DNA of 63,402 nucleotides, the filler included, from Welwitschia mirabilis (taxonomy: Eukaryota): NCBI GenBank assembly GCA_051453625.1. It is 6 parts of one record of this genome, joined end to end, with 100 filler letters (N's around TTAATTAATTAA, not from the genome) between each part and the next. Parts side by side here need not be neighbours in the genome. Positions count along the whole stretch, not along the records: positions 48,384 to 53,029 come from JBOZIK010000001.1; positions 53,130 to 55,406 come from JBOZIK010000001.1; positions 55,507 to 62,243 come from JBOZIK010000001.1; positions 62,344 to 63,402 come from JBOZIK010000001.1; 2 more parts are not named here. One strand, 5' to 3'. Of the stretch, positions 51,796 through 63,402 are shown in pieces. Position 1 is the first letter of the stretch, and the number at the start of each line of letters is the position of its first letter. A program made the position numbers and the translations under genes. Below the pieces are notes generated by a model that saw only the letters and a list, made by a program, of their open reading frames with translations, was not told the DNA's origin and ran no database searches.

Positions 51796-53131
51796 GTTTG
51801 TTAAAAAATAAAAATTTTTTCACATTACCACAAATAAAAGCATGCAGAGACATTGTAAAATCATGTGGAATCAAGAAAACCCTAATGCATGCAGTTGCTT
51901 CATGAAGGCGAGACCAGCACTAGAATTGTTTCATAGAATGGTGGGAATGAGAAGTAGGAGAATCATACACACTTTCTCTGGAGATAAATATTCCATTTAC
52001 AATTTTGACATTACATTCATGATTGTGCTAGTGTTTGCATCTTAAATATAATATTTCACATTTTCTCCCTCATGTTCTATGTAAATCCTTAGTTGTTATG
52101 GAAATGTTAGGTAGGTGTTTTATTTTGTTTAGTCTTCGAATGGGTTTTCATTATTATTGTGTGTGCGATATATATTAGTGTGGCTTTATAGTGAAGCTTC
52201 ATTTCTCTTTTTAAATTTCAAACTCATTCATTCGTGTCTATTATTGTTTTNNNNNNNNNNNNNNNNNNNNNNNNNNNNNNNNNNNNNNNNNNNNNNNNNN
52301 NNNNNNNNNNNNNNNNNNNNNNNNNNNNNNNNNNNNNNNNNNNNNNCATATTTTAGCTAAAATAGATTTGTGAAATGATTATAGATTATAGAGAGGTGTG
52401 TAGTAGAGAGATGTGTAGGAGGAGACTTTGGAAATTTAATGCACATAATAATAGAGGTACATTTTAATAATAGTCATAGCAATTTTACATTTTTTCTTGA
52501 CTTATAATATGAAAGTTTCAATTTCACATAATAATAGAGGTCTCCTCATTCTAGCATGATTGTAGTTACTATGACATGGAGAGTAGACTAAACTTGTAAA
52601 AGGTTATCTTATCATTAACTATTGGGGATTTTCTTTCTCAAATAACTTAATGGTAAAATACTTTAGGCCTTTTTAGAGTAGTCATGTAATTTGTTTGTAT
52701 CTCCTTCAAATCACCTTTCCTATTATTTTCATTTCTTTGGTTTTAAATTTGATCTTCAGGATCCATAATCTTATCTTAAATTATACAAACACTATAAATG
52801 TAGATAAGAGAGTGTTTGAAAAAACATATATAAATATAAAGACATGAGATAGAAGAGTTGTAGATCTAAGTAAATTGTAGGTCAAGTACGACTATAAGAA
52901 AATTATAAATGTCCTACAATTAATTTTTTAAAATTTTCCATTTTGTTAGAAGTCTTAAAAAATGAACATTGTTCACATTATAAGGAAGGAGCTCAGTTAA
53001 AATTATCTATGTGCCTTATCAGATTTTGGNNNNNNNNNNNNNNNNNNNNNNNNNNNNNNNNNNNNNNNNNNNNTTAATTAATTAANNNNNNNNNNNNNNN
53101 NNNNNNNNNNNNNNNNNNNNNNNNNNNNNTT

Positions 53132-53138
<7 letters not shown>

Positions 53139-53180
<42 letters not shown>
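53139..53180. repeat. (TA)n microsatellite
   Basis: Directly visible. Confidence 0.95.
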
Positions 53181-53183
<3 letters not shown>

Positions 53184-53599
53184 ATAGGAAATATTAGAAA
53201 AGGAGTGGGAATAATTAATGAAAGGCTTCCATTTGAGCTTTGGGTAGCTAGGTTAATGTAGGCCAAGTTCTACAATAAGGAGGTATGAGAATCACCGTTT
53301 CAATATGGGACCCATTACAATGGAGGCAGTTAGCACTTAAATGAAATGTTAAATTAATAATAAAATAGCAAAATGTTCTTACAAAGACTTGAACCACTTA
53401 CCTCCTACTCTACTTCTTTCTTTCTTAACTGTTACATGACCCAACTGAAGCTATATAAGAGGTGTTCTCGTACCTTTAATGCATAGCATTAAAATAAAAG
53501 AATGTTTAGATTTTAATTAAACTGCTTTTTACTTCATTGATTCTCTCCTTTCTTTCCAACATGCTATGGGCCCAAGCGATAAATAAAGACATTAGAAAA

Positions 53600-54900
53600 T
53601 CATTACTAGATAATCATTTCCATGGTATGCATTTCATCTTCTGTGCATCTCTTTTTCTCCTATGCTTTGAGCTTCTCTCGCTTGCATAGACGTCACTATG
53701 TCTCCAAATCTTGTCCCTTCACCATGATATTACTTACCTGAGTGTAGAACTAAGTTTTTCCCCTTTTGTAGCTGCTTGAACTATCGATCTGCAGCCTGAT
53801 TCTTATTCCAAGCTGCTGTCTGTCTCCTATCATGCTTAAGCCCATCCTCATCATGCCATTTGGCTCTCTCTTTACCTTTCTAATATGCTTCTTCTAGGTG
53901 TCTTTGCTCCCTCTAATGTGCCTCTTCTCTTACAACGTAACACCTTCTTCTACTCAGTATAGCATTATTTCTCATTACTATCCTCTAGTGCTCCTCTTTT
54001 AAAGTGAATCTCTCATGGGTCTCCTAGTTTATGAGACTCCTCCGGTTGGCCTATGCCTACAATCTGCTACATTACACCATTTCTTACCTTTCTTTACCAT
54101 TTCACTTTAAAGATTAAGCTATAGTAGAAGGCTATTTTATTCTATGTAGTGCACCATTGGAAATGCTTTATCCCTCTTCCTTCAACACCTTGAACTTTCT
54201 TCCATTCCACTGGCTACTCCAGACTTAAAATCATAAATGTAATTGAGCCTTTTTCAAACTTAAAAGAAATGTATTCAAATGTATTTATTTGAGAATGAAG
54301 TAAATATCCTACACAAGCACTCGGTTTTGGCATTTTCACTTGAATCTTCACTAAAGCTTGAGTGTTGTCATTATCCTTTCCCTTAGAACACTTAAATAAT
54401 AATGCCAAACCATAATTTTGAGGCATCCGAGCATACCATATCTCTTAAAGCAATATTATCATCGTGAGTGTTTCTAATGGAGAAGTTTTCTAATGAAATA
54501 ACTTTGACGTGATTGTGTGATTTATCCTTCTCTAGCCTAGATGTGTCTTCATTAGAAGTTCATCATCCATCTACAAATTCATTAGCAAACCTCCTTTTTT
54601 ACTGTAGATTGTGTTAAAGCCTGATTTTTCAAATGTACTTCAAATCTTATGAGCACTGCCTCTTATGAAAGACTCAATCAAAATTTTTTTTGCATCTACA
54701 ACTAAATTGGCACTTTCACATAGGCCTTTCCCTCACCAGTATGAATTCTATGCTTTCTGTCTTCACCGTCTTTCATTCTCAACTTTTTCTGCTCAGATCC
54801 TTACACTGCTACTGAAACAGCATCATTGCATGAAAATGCCATCATCTCGAAGCAAATAATCCTCTCCTTCACAGTGCACCTTTATCTCTTATAAGTTAAT
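53600..54900 (-). pseudogene. Decayed coding relic, possibly LINE ORF1 with a CCHC zinc knuckle
   Basis: Purine-rich minus strand with open stretches (KVISLENFSIRN..ALRDMVCSDASKLWFGII). RRCLRCKRRG followed by a frameshifted HIR at ~53950-53910. Confidence 0.35.
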
Positions 54901-55506
54901 GGCCTGTTCTCCTATATGTATTGCTTTCTTGTAGCTTTTTCTTTAGATTAAAATATTAGTACACTTGGTTTCTAGAAAGTTTGTTCACATAGGAGCCCAA
55001 GTTTGAGTCTCAACAGAAGTCTAAATATCCTTTTTGTAAGAATATTATTTATTAATTTGTACAAATGCATGGCCATAATGGATTTATGAAAGGAATAAAT
55101 ATTTATTTGGTTTTTAAGACTTATTCTCTAAGGTGATAAATGAATTATTCTCTAAATATAAATAACTGTATTTAAACCTTGGCTTTTCTTCAACATTACA
55201 TAGGTACATTATTATTAATGTACTAAGTTACTAATGTGTAATATTGTGTTACATGTATCCCCTTAATATTGGATACAATTAAACTAGATCCTCGTCCCAA
55301 AGTTATTTATTTAGTAAGCATCAATTGGTAATTTAGAAAAAGGCTAATATTATTATATTTAGTTTATCATGCCCTTATTATTGGGTTTATTCAACATTTG
55401 TATTGGNNNNNNNNNNNNNNNNNNNNNNNNNNNNNNNNNNNNNNNNNNNNTTAATTAATTAANNNNNNNNNNNNNNNNNNNNNNNNNNNNNNNNNNNNNN
55501 NNNNNN

Positions 55507-58368
55507 TTTGCATTTTCTTCTTTTCTTAGGACTTTACTTGTTTGGTAGTTTTTCTTTCTGGCAATTTTTTAACCTAGATCGTATGTTTTCCTTCTGCCAT
55601 AGTTTTAAACTTTTTTCTATGCTTTTCTCTCTCTTAAAACCCTGTTCATATTTAGTCATCCACATAGTCATCTAGACGACACTGGAAGGACAATAGACAG
55701 ATTTTTACTAACAGTTGTCCTAGTCTAATGTCCAGATGACAGGACGAGAGTGTGTTAAAAGCATTAGTTTAACCCTTTTTCCTCATTTTTCGCTCATTTT
55801 CTCATCTTTTACCTTTATTCTTTTGAGAGACAATGACCCCTCTGACTAGTACCGACATTTTGGAACTTGTTGCACCTGATTTCATTGCGAGATTCATGAG
55901 TTTTCATCAGATTTGCAAAAATAAGGTGTGTTTTTCTCTCCTCCTTATTTTTCAATTTTTTCTCCTGTTTTTCAGCCTTTTGACATGTAGTTTTTATGTA
56001 TGTTGTCCATTTTTTTGCGCTCTATGTTTTGGAACTTACGGATCTGATTTTCACCATGTATTTTTCGAGTTACAATCATTTTCGCATTTTATGAGGAATT
56101 CTCCTATTCTTACATTTTGCACTCATTTACTTACAAACTGTAAGTCAAATCATAGTGGTACTTTAGGAAAAATCGATCAGTGCAATGTGCTCTACGACTT
56201 TACTAGATTAGATTTTTCATTCGAGTACTTTAAATTTTTCCTTCCTGTGGGGTCCACTACATACGCCGTGTTCCGATCTCCTTCGTTTTCCTTCATTTCT
56301 TTTCTCATGGCTAGGCAATTTGGGATGCATTGCATTTTTTAGAGGGGGTAGGACATATTTTTAGCATTTTTTAATTTTTTTTAATCGATTATGGGGTCAT
56401 TTCTTGCGCATCCATGTGNNNNNNNNNNCATGTTTATCTAGTTTTGCATGACGAGTTTTGTATTTATGATTGAACAGGCCATGTACACATAGAATTAGAC
56501 AAACACAGGCTTCATCTAAGTTAGTAGAGTAGGCGACAGGTCCTTTAGTTAAACCTGAGGTACAGCGTGAGGAACCTATACATCCAACACCTCAACACAG
56601 ACGATCTATGAGCATACAGACAACTAGCATTCATGTCGAGAGACACTTTGGTGAGTTCATGAGCTGATTAGAGCCTAAGGTTGAATAGAGACTGATAGAG
56701 CTATAACTTAGATGGATTACAGATGCACAGAGTGCTTATTTCGCTTCAGAGACGAGGGAATTTTACGATACCATGCACATAGAAAGGATCCCAGATACAC
56801 GTGGTCAGCTGCAGGATCACATTGTTACATATATCTGAGACCATGAGATAGCCATTCTTTCATCTCACATAGCAATCATTATAGATCTCGAAGGTCTTGG
56901 TAGTTTACACATCCATCCAGCTAGTAGGACAGAGGATCATTAAGCTTATGGTGCCATTTTAGATATTTCAGCTGACATGACTATAGATCGACGAGGTATG
57001 AATGTTACTCAGCTGACACCTGCATACAGAGTTTTACACAGAGGACTAATTCACAACATCAGTTCATCATATCATGACAATCACGCCATGGTCGCGCACT
57101 TATAAATACTAGCAGCTTTTTGTTAGAGGAAGCAGATGGACTTATCTACTTTTATTTGGAGGAGACTTTGATCCATGATTAAGACATAACATTTACAGAT
57201 GCTTAGTTACCCATGCCTCCTTTCTATTTTATTCAGATAATTTGGGATACCAGATCCTGTAGGTGAGTGTCATTTGACATATGTTCAGACCTCTATTCAT
57301 TATTTATAGGATATGAGTATACAAATACCAGGAGAGGCCGAGAGACCTCAGATACAGAGACTTATAGATGGAGCATTATTAGAGAAGATCCAGGCCCTTC
57401 TAGCTGAGAGTACTGAGTCCCTCAGAAGATTTATTGATTAGAGGATGTAGACTTTAGAGCAGCGGACCATTACCTTCGAGCAAAAAGTTGAGTAGTGATT
57501 TACGTCTATAAAGAGGAGAGCACAACATATAGAGGACCAGATCGTGGACATGCATCATCGTATTGTCTCCATGCAACAAAATCTAACTGTAGACCTTCTA
57601 GAGTCAGTACGTGCATAAAGAGATGAGACGGTCAGATCCATTATAGCATCTCTAGATGAGTGTCTCCCTACTAATTTAGATCATCTTTCTTCTTCTCCTC
57701 CTACTTCTGAGATAGTTATCGATCTAGGATTTGTTATGCGTAGATGAGGGAAGTGATTTTACCTTGTATTTTGTATCTCCCTCTCTATAGTTTTTGTATT
57801 AAAAAGAAAAACTCTCATTATTATAGATATATCATTTTATTTCAGCATGGTGTATATTTCTGTCTAATTTTTATATCAGCATCTTTTGATATTTACCATG
57901 AGGATAGCATTTTATTTTTGAGCGCATTTTTTTAATTTGACTATTTATCATAGTGAGGATCTACTTATTATAAATTTTTGGTTGATTAGTAATTACTCAA
58001 AAATTTTATTTCTATCATAGATTCCACTTTTGAAGAATGGTTCATATGACTGTCGTCCCCTTTATCGTCCAGACAACACAAGTGGACAATCTCCTTCTAT
58101 CGCTTTACAGGTATTTTTTGTTTCATTTTTCATTTCAGTTCATCTTTGAAATATTCTTTAACTCTTTTTATCAGATGTTTCCTTTACATATCCTAGTTTT
58201 TATTGTTTGAAAAGTTGGCTTACAAACATGGTTTACTGCCTAGTTTTGTCAAGGACTGACAAGGCTAAGTGGAGGGCTATGTTGTGGCATTAACTTAAGT
58301 GTATTTGATAGGGTATTTTGAGTTGTTTTGTAGATAAACTAACAGATAAATGCTTAGTTCCTATGACA
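55507..58368 (+). mobile_element. 3' part of an Athila-like element: spacer, env-like ORF, PPT and start of 3' LTR (58280)
   Basis: ggactgacaaggctaagtggagggcta|tgttg matches the PPT/LTR junction of the 22960-33140 element. Confidence 0.8.
56480..57745 (+). pseudogene. Athila-type env-like accessory ORF with in-frame stops
   Basis: SAYFASETREFYDTMH, IVTYI*DHEIAILSSHI, LTPAYRVLHRGLIHNISS, MLSYPCLLSILFR*FGIP, then a coiled-coil-like tail. Lies upstream of the PPT. Confidence 0.7.
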
Positions 58369-58468
58369 NNNNNNNNNNNNNNNNNNNNNNNNNNNNNNNN
58401 NNNNNNNNNNNNNNNNNNNNNNNNNNNNNNNNNNNNNNNNNNNNNNNNNNNNNNNNNNNNNNNNNNNN

Positions 58469-60934
58469 AAAGAAAAACTCTCATTATTATAGATATATCA
58501 TTTTATTTCAGCATGGTGTATATTTCTATTTGATTTATTAGTATCTTTTAATATTTACCATGAGGATTGCATTTTATTTTCGAGCGCATTTTTATTTACC
58601 TGTTTATCACAGTGAGGGGATGCTTATTATGAGTTTTTGACTAATTATTAATTAATGAGAAATTTTATTTCTATCACAGGTTCCACTTTTAAAGAATTTT
58701 TCATGTGACTATCATCCCCTCTATCATCTGGACAATACAAGTGGATGCTTAACTTCTGATGTTTTACAGGTATTTCTGTTCAGTTTTTCAATTTAGTTCA
58801 TCTTTGAAATATTATGTAATTTTTGTTTCAGATGTTTCCTTTACATATCCTAGCTTTTATTGTTTGAAAAGTTGACTTGCAAACATAGTTTACCACCTGG
58901 TTTTATTAGGGACTGACAAGGCTAACTAGGAAGCTATATTGTGACACCAACTTAGATGTATTTGATAAGGTATTTTGAGCTATTTTGTAGATAAACTAAT
59001 AGATAANNNNNNNNNNNNNNNNNNNNNNNNNNNNNNNNNNNNNNNNNNNNNNNNNNNNNNNNNNNNNNNNNNNNNNNNNNNNNNNNNNNNNNNNNNNNNN
59101 NNNNNNNNNNNNNNNNNNNNNNNNNNNNNNNNNNNNNNNNNNNNNNNNNNNNNNNNNNNNNNNNNNNNNNNNNNNNNNNNNNNNNNNNNNNNNNNNNNNN
59201 NNNNNNNNNNNNNNNNNNNNNNNNNNNNNNNNNNNNNNNNNNNNNNNNNNNNNNNNNNNNNNNNNNNNNNNNNNNNNNNNNNNNNNNNNNNNNNNNNNNN
59301 NNNNNNNNNNNNNNNNNNNNNNNNNNNNNNNNNNNNNNNNNNNNNNNNNNNNNNNNNNNNNNNNNNNNNNNNNNNNNNNNNNNNNNNNNNNNNNNNNNNN
59401 NNNNNNNNNNNNNNNNNNNNNNNNNNNNNNNNNNNNNNNNNNNNNNNNNNNNNNNNNNNNNNNNNNNNNNNNNNNNNNNNNNNNNNNNNNNNNNNNNNNN
59501 NNNNNNNNNNNNNNNNNNNNNNNNNNNNNNNNNNNNNNNNNNNNNNNNNNNNNNNNNNNNNNNNNNNNNNNNNNNNNNNNNNNNNNNNNNNNNNNNNNNN
59601 NNNNNNNNNNNNNNNNNNNNNNNNNNNNNNNNNNNNNNNNNNNNNNNNNNNNNNNNNNNNNNNNNNNNNNNNNNNNNNNNNNNNNNNNNNNNNNNNNNNN
59701 NNNNNNNNNNNNNNNNNNNNNNNNNNNNNNNNNNNNNNNNNNNNNNNNNNNNNNNNNNNNNNNNNNNNNNNNNNNNNNNNNNNNNNNNNNNNNNNNNNNN
59801 NNNNNNNNNNNNNNNNNNNNNNNNNNNNNNNNNNNNNNNNNNNNNNNNNNNNNNNNNNNNNNNNNNNNNNNNNNNNNNNNNNNNNNNNNNNNNNNNNNNN
59901 NNNNNNNNNNNNNNNNNNNNNNNNNNNNNNNNNNNNNNNNNNNNNNNNNNNNNNNNNNNNNNNNNNNNNNNNNNNNNNNNNNNNNNNNNNNNNNNNTTCA
60001 GAATCAGTTGACAAGACTTCACATGCAGATCATAGATAGTTGAATTAGAAGCTAAACAAATAACTCATTGTAAATCCCTGTTGTCTCCTCCATTGTCCGG
60101 ACGACCATGTGGATGACACCATTATCCCATACTTTTACAGATTGTATTCCCAAGTTGTCATTTGTTAATTGCGACTTTCCCTTGCATGTTAGCTAGATTT
60201 TCTCTTATGCTTTTCTGTTAGTCTCTTTTCCTTTCTGTCTAAAAATAAAAGTCTTCCCCTCTATCCCTAATCATCTTCGACAGTATCTAACATTCTCGTG
60301 ACAAACAATCTTGGGACCAGAGAACCATTTTGTAATCCAGAGAGACGTTACCTTAGTGTTGGGCGGCGTATCCTCCATTGAGAAATGACTACTTTGAGAT
60401 ACAGATGTCCTTTTTATCTTTAATATAAATTACTCTTTTTATTAATAATTGCAGGAACTTATCCCTCATAGTTTATATTATTCTAAATTCGTGACAGGTT
60501 TCTTTAATTGTATAGATTATAAAGGCAGCTTTTATTAAGGCTGAGCTTAATTAGATTAGGTGCATCGTTGTTTATTTTCTTAGATTAGTTTGCATCAGCA
60601 NNNNNNNNNNNNNNNNNNNNNNNNNNNNNNNNNNNNNNNNNNNNNNNNNNNNNNNNNNNNNNNNNNNNNNNNNNNNNNNNNNNNNNNNNNNNNNNNNNNN
60701 TCTTTAATTATATAGATTATAAAGGCAGCTTTTGTTAAGGCTTAGCTTAATTAGATTAGGTGCATCGTTGTTTATTTTCTTAGATTAGTTTGCATCAGCA
60801 TCTTTTAAATTGCATGCATTGCAATTTAATTCAATAAATTAAAGTTACATATTTCTTTTTGAAATCAACTCTTTATTGTCTATATCATTGGCCTTCGACG
60901 AAATTATGACATTCGGATCACTCTGTCTATACTA
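58469..60934 (+). mobile_element. Second, diverged copy of the Athila-like 3' region + PPT + LTR (LTR from 58937, gapped)
   Basis: 58469-59006 repeats ~57802-58350 with many substitutions. 59998-60934 has an LTR-like layout including gtccggacgac motifs. Confidence 0.7.
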
Positions 60935-61886
60935 NNNNNNNNNNNNNNNNNNNNNNNNNNNNNNNNNNNNNNNNNNNNNNNNNNNNNNNNNNNNNNNNNN
61001 NNNNNNNNNNNNNNNNNNNNNNNNNNNNNNNNNNNNNNNNNNNNNNNNNNNNNNNNNNNNNNNNNNNNNNNNNNNNNNNNNNNNNNNNNNNNNNNNNNNN
61101 NNNNNNNNNNNNNNNNNNNNNNNNNNNNNNNNNNNNNNNNNNNNNNNNNNNNNNNNNNNNNNNNNNNNNNNNNNNNNNNNNNNNNNNNNNNNNNNNNNNN
61201 NNNNNNNNNNNNNNNNNNNNNNNNNNNNNNNNNNNNNNNNNNNNNNNNNNNNNNNNNNNNNNNNNNNNNNNNNNNNNNNNNNNNNNNNNNNNNNNNNNNN
61301 NNNNNNNNNNNNNNNNNNNNNNNNNNNNNNNNNNNNNNNNNNNNNNNNNNNNNNNNNNNNNNNNNNNNNNNNNNNNNNNNNNNNNNNNNNNNNNNNNNNN
61401 NNNNNNNNNNNNNNNNNNNNNNNNNNNNNNNNNNNNNNNNNNNNNNNNNNNNNNNNNNNNNNNNNNNNNNNNNNNNNNNNNNNNNNNNNNNNNNNNNNNN
61501 NNNNNNNNNNNNNNNNNNNNNNNNNNNNNNNNNNNNNNNNNNNNNNNNNNNNNNNNNNNNNNNNNNNNNNNNNNNNNNNNNNNNNNNNNNNNNNNNNNNN
61601 NNNNNNNNNNNNNNNNNNNNNNNNNNNNNNNNNNNNNNNNNNNNNNNNNNNNNNNNNNNNNNNNNNNNNNNNNNNNNNNNNNNNNNNNNNNNNNNNNNNN
61701 NNNNNNNNNNNNNNNNNNNNNNNNNNNNNNNNNNNNNNNNNNNNNNNNNNNNNNNNNNNNNNNNNNNNNNNNNNNNNNNNNNNNNNNNNNNNNNNNNNNN
61801 NNNNNNNNNNNNNNNNNNNNNNNNNNNNNNNNNNNNNNNNNNNNNNNNNNNNNNNNNNNNNNNNNNNNNNNNNNNNNNNNNNNNNA

Positions 61887-62243
61887 TTGCTTTACATTCA
61901 AACCTAGTAAATGCTTTTCTGAAGTAGAGTTAATTGACTATTTCTATACTGGGTTAAACATTCATACAAAACAGCTTGTAGATTTCTTTTATGAAGGTAA
62001 CCTCTTGAACCAAACTTTAGAAGATGCTTGGAAGGTGTTGGAAGATTTAGTTAAAGTAAGTTAAACTTGGCCTAAACCTTCCTCTAGAGAAAACCGAACA
62101 TTAGGCTAAATCATAAAAGACCTCAAAGAAGTCAACCATAAAAAAACTAAAATCAAAATAGAAAATGAACCAATTAGCGTCATTAAGGATTTTACTTCTA
62201 CTTTAGAAAAATACACTTAGATGATCCTTGATGCTAAAGTGGT
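61887..62243 (+). pseudogene. Athila-like gag fragment
   Basis: VELIDYFYTGLNIHTKQLVDFFYEGNLLNQTLEDAWKVLEDL; homologous to the minus-strand gag at ~30780-30900. Confidence 0.75.
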
Positions 62244-62343
62244 NNNNNNNNNNNNNNNNNNNNNNNNNNNNNNNNNNNNNNNNNNNNTTAATTAATTAAN
62301 NNNNNNNNNNNNNNNNNNNNNNNNNNNNNNNNNNNNNNNNNNN

Positions 62344-62870
62344 TTAGATATCTTAAGCATACAAGTAATTTTGGTATTTGGTTTCCTTGTGACACTTCAC
62401 TTGATCTAGTTGGGTATAGTGATGCAGATTGGGCTTGGATGCACTGATGATAGGAAGAGTATAAGTGGTGCCTGCTATTTTCTTAAGAATCACCTAGTAG
62501 CATGGAGCTCCAAGAAATAGAGCTTGATATCATTGTCCACTATAGAGGCTGAATATATATCAACTGAAGCTTGGTGTACTCAATTGTTATGGATGATGCA
62601 CACCTTGTGTGACTATGGGATGGAAATGAGGAGCAGTTAACTATTGTGTGACAAAACCAGTGCCATTAATATTGCAAAGAACCGGTACAACACTCTCGCA
62701 AGTGCGAAAATTGACATAAGGTACCATTTCATCAGAGAACAAGGTTAATAAGGGGTGATAAAACTAGACCATGTCTCTACTGAAAAACAACTTGCAGATA
62801 TGTTCACAAAAGCATTATTGGAAGCAAGGTTTGAGACATTAAGGGTAGAGTTGGGCATAGGAACATGCCT
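62344..62870 (+). pseudogene. Copia (Sirevirus-like) RT end / RNase H, disrupted
   Basis: LVGYSDADWA, DDRKSISGACYFL, WSSKK*SLISLSTIEAEY, CTQLLWM, IDIRYHFIRE, EKQLADMFTKAL. Confidence 0.9.
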
Positions 62871-63402
62871 AATCGAGGTATAATCTGTTTATTTGAATGC
62901 CAACATTTGTACATATTTGATCAAAGTTTAAATACATTTGAGCATAGTTCCAGTCTTTCCTGTTTATTTTTATCTTTGGCCTTTTCTTGTAAAGTTTTGT
63001 CTGAAATTTGTTATATTTTCTCTCTTGTTTTGCCGAGCTTAAGTGTCAGGGGTCCGGATGTCCACCCTGTAAGGACCCCGACATCCACAGGCGTGTAAGT
63101 ATTTTATTTTATTTTATTTTTTGACGGTTGAAGGGTAGACTTCCGCCCTCATTAGCTTGGATGTCCGTGCACCTATGCGGACGCAAAATTTTTTTAACTC
63201 TTTTCTCTCATCAAAAAGGGGTCTCCTCTATATAAAGGATGTACCCCCTTCTTCTTCCTCATTCTGTTTTTTTCAGAGTTCAAGAAGTAAGTTTTTCCCC
63301 ATTCCATCTTGTTTTCTTCTCTTCTTTTTGTTGAGAACAAATATGTTTCAATGATGAAGTCAACAAAATTATTCGCAGGTCAAAGTCATAGCTCAAATCT
63401 GA

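Noticed and set aside
55833..56342. 169-aa hydrophobic ORF
   Set aside because: T-rich retroelement spacer upstream of the env-like ORF; the Phe/Leu bias follows from base composition and no domain is recognisable.

Overview
AT-rich eukaryotic (plant-type) genomic DNA from a draft assembly. There are no intact long ORFs; the long ORFs in the track are N-gap artefacts. Five artificial 100-bp spacers (44 N + TTAATTAATTAA + 44 N) split the window into six joined pieces, so adjacency across them is unproven. Almost everything is decayed, nested transposon: (1) a near-complete Sirevirus-type Ty1/Copia element with an env-like ORF (4323-15190, minus), whose 5' LTR carries a ~1 kb TRIM-like miniature LTR element with a perfect AATTG target-site duplication (14129-15168); (2) a full-length Athila-like Ty3/Gypsy element (22960-33140, minus); (3) further Athila-like LTRs, gag and env-like pieces; (4) a Tekay/chromovirus-like pol relic; (5) a second Copia RNase H; (6) hAT transposase relics; (7) a probable CACTA end next to a PPR-like fragment; (8) a possible LINE ORF1 relic. 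The only host-gene candidate is a CpG-rich, TATA-preceded signal-peptide ORF start at 19182-19292, cut off by a gap. I found no convincing novel multi-gene system. The best leads are the TRIM, the apparently homologous env-like ORFs in a Copia and a Gypsy element, and the strongly C>T/G>A-biased decay. All translations and alignments were done by eye and family names rest on remembered motifs, not database searches.
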